Positions 60,282 through 64,000 of a stretch of DNA of 64,000 bases are shown piece after piece. The stretch lies in NCBI GenBank assembly GCA_031441465.1, contig JANOEP010000016.1:96001-160000 (forward strand), in the 5' to 3' direction. The notes beneath the pieces are model-generated. The model saw nothing but the letters and a program-made list of their open reading frames with translations. It was not told the DNA's origin and did not search any database. Made by a program: the position numbers and the translations under genes. The stretch comes from a bacterium (GTDB taxonomy: Bacteria; Krumholzibacteriota; Krumholzibacteriia; LZORAL124-64-63). Within the stretch, counting starts at the first letter, position 1, and each line of letters begins with the position of its first letter.

Positions 60282-61424
60282 ATGTGCACCCGCATTCCCG
60301 TGGCGATCCTCATCGCCCTGGCGGCCCCGGCGCTCGGCATCGCCGCCGCGTCCTCCAGCACGGTCACCGGCATCTCGAGCCTGATGAATCCCGCCATCAG
60401 CGTCAACGCCCTGTTCCTGGGCGAAACGTCGCTCAACGACGACAGCGACGAAGCCAACCGCATCGGCCTGCAGGAGGCCGAGATGCAGTTCACGTCCGTG
60501 GTCGACCCGTTCTGGACCGCGGACCTGGTCATCGCCTACCACCAGGAGGCCGGCCACGACCACGGCGACGAGGAGGCCGCCGAGGCCGGGGGCGCGGCCG
60601 CCTTCGTCACCGACGTCGAGGTGGCGCGCATCCGCGCGCGCAGCCTGCCGGCAGGCCTGGGCCTGGTTCTGGGCAAGGACTACCTGCCCTTCGGCAAACA
60701 CGCGCCGTTGCACACCCACCAGTTCGCCTTCACGCGCGCGCCGCTGGCCGTGCGCACGTTCCTGGGCGACCACGGCCTCACCGAGGTCGGTGCGCGCGTC
60801 GAAGCGACGGTGCCGCTGCCCTGGTACTCGGAGGTCGTCGCCTACGCCGTCAACGGCGACGCCGAGATCTTCGACGCTCACGACCGCGACCTCGCCTGGG
60901 GAGCGCGCTGGACGCAACTCTGGGACGTGGCGCCGACCGCCACGCTGGAACTGGGCGGCTCGCTGCTGAATGGGCCGGGCGCCCGCGAACCGGACGGGCC
61001 GGCCGTCGGCCTGAGCGTCTCCGGCCTCGATCTCACCTACAAGTGGGTCGACGGTGGGCAGGCCCACGGCCCGGCCGTGGTCTGGACGAGCGAGCTGATC
61101 CTGCCCGACACGGCGGCCTTCGGGCACGAGCCGTGGGGCTGGTATTCGCATCTGCAGGCCCGATTCCGCCGCAACTTGTGGCTGGGCCTGGGAGCGAGCG
61201 GCATCGCCGACTTGCCGCACGAAGAGGCCGGCCCCGACGAAGTGGATGCCGGCTCGTACAGGTGGGACGAATACCGGTTGGACCTGACCTTCGTCCCCAG
61301 TGAATATAGCTCGCTGCGCGCCGAGGTGTCGGCCATCGTCCCGCAGTCCAGTGAGGCTGACGACCTGCGCTTCTCGCTGCAGTGGAACTTCACCATCGGG
61401 TCGCACCCGGCCCATCTCTACTAG
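60282..61424 (+). CDS. Outer-membrane beta-barrel metal uptake protein (His-rich loop)
   Basis: Signal peptide; NPAIS, EAE......VDPF, HDHGDEE, FGK....HTH; C-terminal WNFTIGSHPAHLY. Confidence 0.72.
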   Translation: MCTRIPVAILIALAAPALGIAAASSSTVTGISSLMNPAISVNALFLGETSLNDDSDEANRIGLQEAEMQFTSVVDPFWTADLVIAYHQEAGHDHGDEEAAEAGGAAAFVTDVEVARIRARSLPAGLGLVLGKDYLPFGKHAPLHTHQFAFTRAPLAVRTFLGDHGLTEVGARVEATVPLPWYSEVVAYAVNGDAEIFDAHDRDLAWGARWTQLWDVAPTATLELGGSLLNGPGAREPDGPAVGLSVSGLDLTYKWVDGGQAHGPAVVWTSELILPDTAAFGHEPWGWYSHLQARFRRNLWLGLGASGIADLPHEEAGPDEVDAGSYRWDEYRLDLTFVPSEYSSLRAEVSAIVPQSSEADDLRFSLQWNFTIGSHPAHLY

Positions 61425-61434
61425 GAGGCTCGTC

Positions 61435-62388
61435 ATGAGGATCCGCACCAGGATCGCGACGGTCGCCGTCGGGCTGGCAGTCTGCCTCTCTTGCCTCGTC
61501 GCTCCGCCGTGCGCGGCCGCCGACGGTCCGCTGCAGGTGGCGGCCACCCTCTCGGATCTCGCCTGCGTGGCGCGCGCCGTGGGCGGCGCGGACGTCGAGG
61601 TCACGGTCCTCTGCCCCGGCGGCATGGACCCGCACTACCTGCCCGCCAAGCCCTCGCTGTCGCGCAAGCTGGGCCAGGCCGACGCGCTGCTGTTCAACGG
61701 CCTCGAGCTGGAGATCGGCTGGCTGCCGCCGCTGCTGGAGAAGGCCCGCAACCCGCGCGTGCGCGACGGCGCGCCCGGGCTGATCGACTGCTCCGCGGCC
61801 CTGGACGCGGTTCTGGATGTCCCGAGCGGCCCCGTCGACCGCGGGATGGGCGACATCCATCCGCAGGGCAACCCGCACTACACCGTCGACCCGCGACGGA
61901 TGATCGACGTGACGCTGTTCGTCGGGCGCCGCTTCGGCGAACTGGATCCACCGCGCGCCGCGGCGTACCGGGACCGGGCCGAGGCCTACGCCGCGCTGTT
62001 GCGCGGCCGTTTGCCGGTCTGGCAGGAGCGGACCGCCGGTCTGCGCACCCGTCACGTCCTGCTGAACCACCAGCACTGGAACTACCTCTGCGACTGGCTC
62101 GGCCTGGACGTGATCGGCGAGATCGAACACCGCCCCGGCATCGCGCCCTCGCCGCGGCACGTGCAGGACATGGTGGAGAAGTCCCGCGCGCTGGGCGATG
62201 TCGTGATCGTGGCCGCGAACTGGGACCATCTCGACGTGGTGCGCGAGATCGCGAGCCGGGCCGGCGCGTCCCTGGCGATCCTGCCGGGACACTCCGGCGC
62301 GGAGGCGGGCACCGACGACTACGTCGCGTTCCTGGACGAGCTGACGCGGCGCCTGGCCGGAGCGGCCGCGGCGCCGGGCAAGGAGTAG
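61435..62388 (+). CDS. Zn/Mn ABC transporter substrate-binding protein (ZnuA/TroA-like)
   Basis: DPHY, NGLELEIGW, GDIHPQGNPHY, IEHRPGIAPSPRH. Confidence 0.9.
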   Translation: MRIRTRIATVAVGLAVCLSCLVAPPCAAADGPLQVAATLSDLACVARAVGGADVEVTVLCPGGMDPHYLPAKPSLSRKLGQADALLFNGLELEIGWLPPLLEKARNPRVRDGAPGLIDCSAALDAVLDVPSGPVDRGMGDIHPQGNPHYTVDPRRMIDVTLFVGRRFGELDPPRAAAYRDRAEAYAALLRGRLPVWQERTAGLRTRHVLLNHQHWNYLCDWLGLDVIGEIEHRPGIAPSPRHVQDMVEKSRALGDVVIVAANWDHLDVVREIASRAGASLAILPGHSGAEAGTDDYVAFLDELTRRLAGAAAAPGKE

Positions 62389-62390
62389 TC

Positions 62391-63212
62391 ATGGACGGCT
62401 TCCTGGAGATGATGGCGGCGCCGGTCGTGATGGCGCTGGTGCTGGTGGCGATGCACTCCCACCTCGGCCACCACGTGGTGCGGCGCGGCGTGATCTTCGT
62501 CGACATCGCCCTGGCCCAGGTCGCCGCCTTCGGGGTGGCGATCTCCCTGCTGCTGGGCGGGGAGATCGGCACCGACAGCACGTACGCCGTGGCCCTGGGC
62601 AGCACCTTCCTGGGCGCCCTGCTGATCTCGCGCACGCGCGGCAAATCGGAGCGCGTGCCGCAGGAGGCGTACATCGGGATCATCTACGCCGTCTGCAGCG
62701 CGGCGATGATCCTGGTGCTGACCCAGGTGCCGCACGGCGGGGAGGAGATCAACCACCTGCTGGTCGGGGCGATCCTCTGGGTCACCTGGCCGACCCTGCT
62801 GAAGACCGCCGCTCTCTACGCCGTCCTGGGCTTCCTGCTCTGGCGGTGGCGCGGGCCGCTGGACCGGATCTCCGCCGACGCCGAGGCGGCCCGGCGCGAG
62901 GGGCTGCCGCTGCGGCGCTGGGATTTCGCGTTCTACCTGATCCTGGGCACGGTCGTGACCTCCAGCGTGCAGATCGCGGGCGTGCTGCTGGTGTTCACGC
63001 TGCTGGTGGTGCCCACGGTCATGAGCGTGCGCCTGTTCGCCGACCACCGCCGCCACTTCGGCTACACGCTGGCGGTGGGTGTCGCGGCGGTGGTGCTCGG
63101 CGCCGCGCTGAGCTACGTGCTGGACCTGCCCACCGGCGCGGCCATCGTCTGCGTGTTCGGGCTGCTGCTGGGGCTGCAGGTCCTGCTGGAGTCCCTGCTG
63201 CGGCGCGGTTGA
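62391..63212 (+). CDS. Zn/Mn ABC transporter permease (ZnuB/MntB-like)
   Basis: HVVRRGVIFVDIALAQ, QEAYIG, LLVGAILW, GVLLVFTLLVVP, DLPTGAAIV. Confidence 0.9.
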   Translation: MDGFLEMMAAPVVMALVLVAMHSHLGHHVVRRGVIFVDIALAQVAAFGVAISLLLGGEIGTDSTYAVALGSTFLGALLISRTRGKSERVPQEAYIGIIYAVCSAAMILVLTQVPHGGEEINHLLVGAILWVTWPTLLKTAALYAVLGFLLWRWRGPLDRISADAEAARREGLPLRRWDFAFYLILGTVVTSSVQIAGVLLVFTLLVVPTVMSVRLFADHRRHFGYTLAVGVAAVVLGAALSYVLDLPTGAAIVCVFGLLLGLQVLLESLLRRG

Positions 63213-63327
63213 CGGCCGATTCCCGGTTGCCCCGCTCCTCCGCATGTCGCATTCTCGACACCGGCGCCGTTCCCCGCTGGGACGGCGCCGGCGCCCGTAC
63301 CGCCCCACGCCGATCCGGGAGAACACC

Positions 63328-64000
63328 ATGAAGAGAACGCTGTGGATCCTCGCCGCCGTCGCGCTGCTCACTGCGCCCGCCGCCGCGCCGGCGAAAGACA
63401 AGGAAGAGACGGACAAGAACCCCCTGAACGCCGACACCTTCGCGGGGCTCGGGCTGCGCCTGCTGGGGCCGGCCGTCTCTTCAGGGCGCGTGGGCGACTT
63501 CGCCGTCAACCCCGCCGACCCCGCCGAGTATTACGTGGCGGTCAGCAGCGGCGGCGTCTGGAAGACGGTCAACGCCGGCACCACCTACGAGCCGGTCTTC
63601 GACGGCGAGGGATCCTTCTCGATCGGCTGCGTGACCCTCGACCCGCGCGACCCGAAGATCGTCTGGGTGGGCACCGGCGAGAACAACAGCCAGCGCAGCG
63701 TCGCCTACGGTGACGGCGTCTACAAGTCGGTCGACGGCGGCAAGCACTGGTCGAACACCGGCTTGAAGGAGTCCGAGCACATCGGCATGATCGTCGTGGA
63801 CCCCCGCGACTCCGACGTGGTCTACGTCGCCGCCCAGGGCCCGCTGTGGCGTTCCGGCGGCGACCGGGGTCTCTACCGCACGGCCGACGGCGGCGCCACC
63901 TGGCTGAAGATCCTCGACATCTCGCCCGACACCGGCGTCAGCGAGTTGCGCCTGGACCCGCGCGACCCCGACGTGATGTACGCCGTCAGCTACCAGCGCC
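63328..64000 (+). CDS. Secreted VPS10/BNR-repeat glycosyl-hydrolase-like protein (runs off the window)
   Basis: Signal peptide; R.LGP..SGR, GGVWKTVNAG, WVGTGE, GDGVYKSVDGG, GLYRTADGG Asp-box repeats; not in the ORF track. Confidence 0.85.
   Translation, partial: MKRTLWILAAVALLTAPAAAPAKDKEETDKNPLNADTFAGLGLRLLGPAVSSGRVGDFAVNPADPAEYYVAVSSGGVWKTVNAGTTYEPVFDGEGSFSIGCVTLDPRDPKIVWVGTGENNSQRSVAYGDGVYKSVDGGKHWSNTGLKESEHIGMIVVDPRDSDVVYVAAQGPLWRSGGDRGLYRTADGGATWLKILDISPDTGVSELRLDPRDPDVMYAVSYQR

Overview
A GC-rich bacterial chromosomal window with about 53 protein-coding genes. I found no rRNA, tRNA, CRISPR array or transposase. Two glycoside hydrolases carry FlgD-Ig/T9SS-like C-terminal domains, and three secreted proteins end in '[SD]WxxV/IK[TS]LYR'. 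This suggests an FCB-group diderm such as Ca. Krumholzibacteriota/Latescibacterota (inference only). Recognisable modules: GH16, GH13 and GH53 glycosidases; a xanthine-dehydrogenase-family Mo enzyme; photolyase; a CDF transporter; a hybrid histidine kinase; pstSCAB-phoU; an L,D-transpeptidase; carAB; hemerythrin; an amidase; a histidine ammonia-lyase-like enzyme; signal peptidase I; and a Zn/Mn-type uptake operon. Leads, strongest first: (1) a shared 16-aa C-terminal tag on three unrelated secreted proteins, a candidate protein-sorting signal; (2) a lysine 2,3-aminomutase + two non-canonical Ddl-like ATP-grasp ligases + GNAT operon, a candidate beta-lysine peptide pathway; (3) a His/Cys-rich leader ORF ending in the RAPP arrest motif ahead of a metal uptake operon that lacks an ATPase gene; (4) an Ala-Cys-Gly rather than Ala-Ser-Gly MIO tripeptide; (5) paired palindromic operators on two divergent promoters; (6) a Y-shaped inverted-repeat element. 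All calls come from reading motifs by eye; no database search was run.
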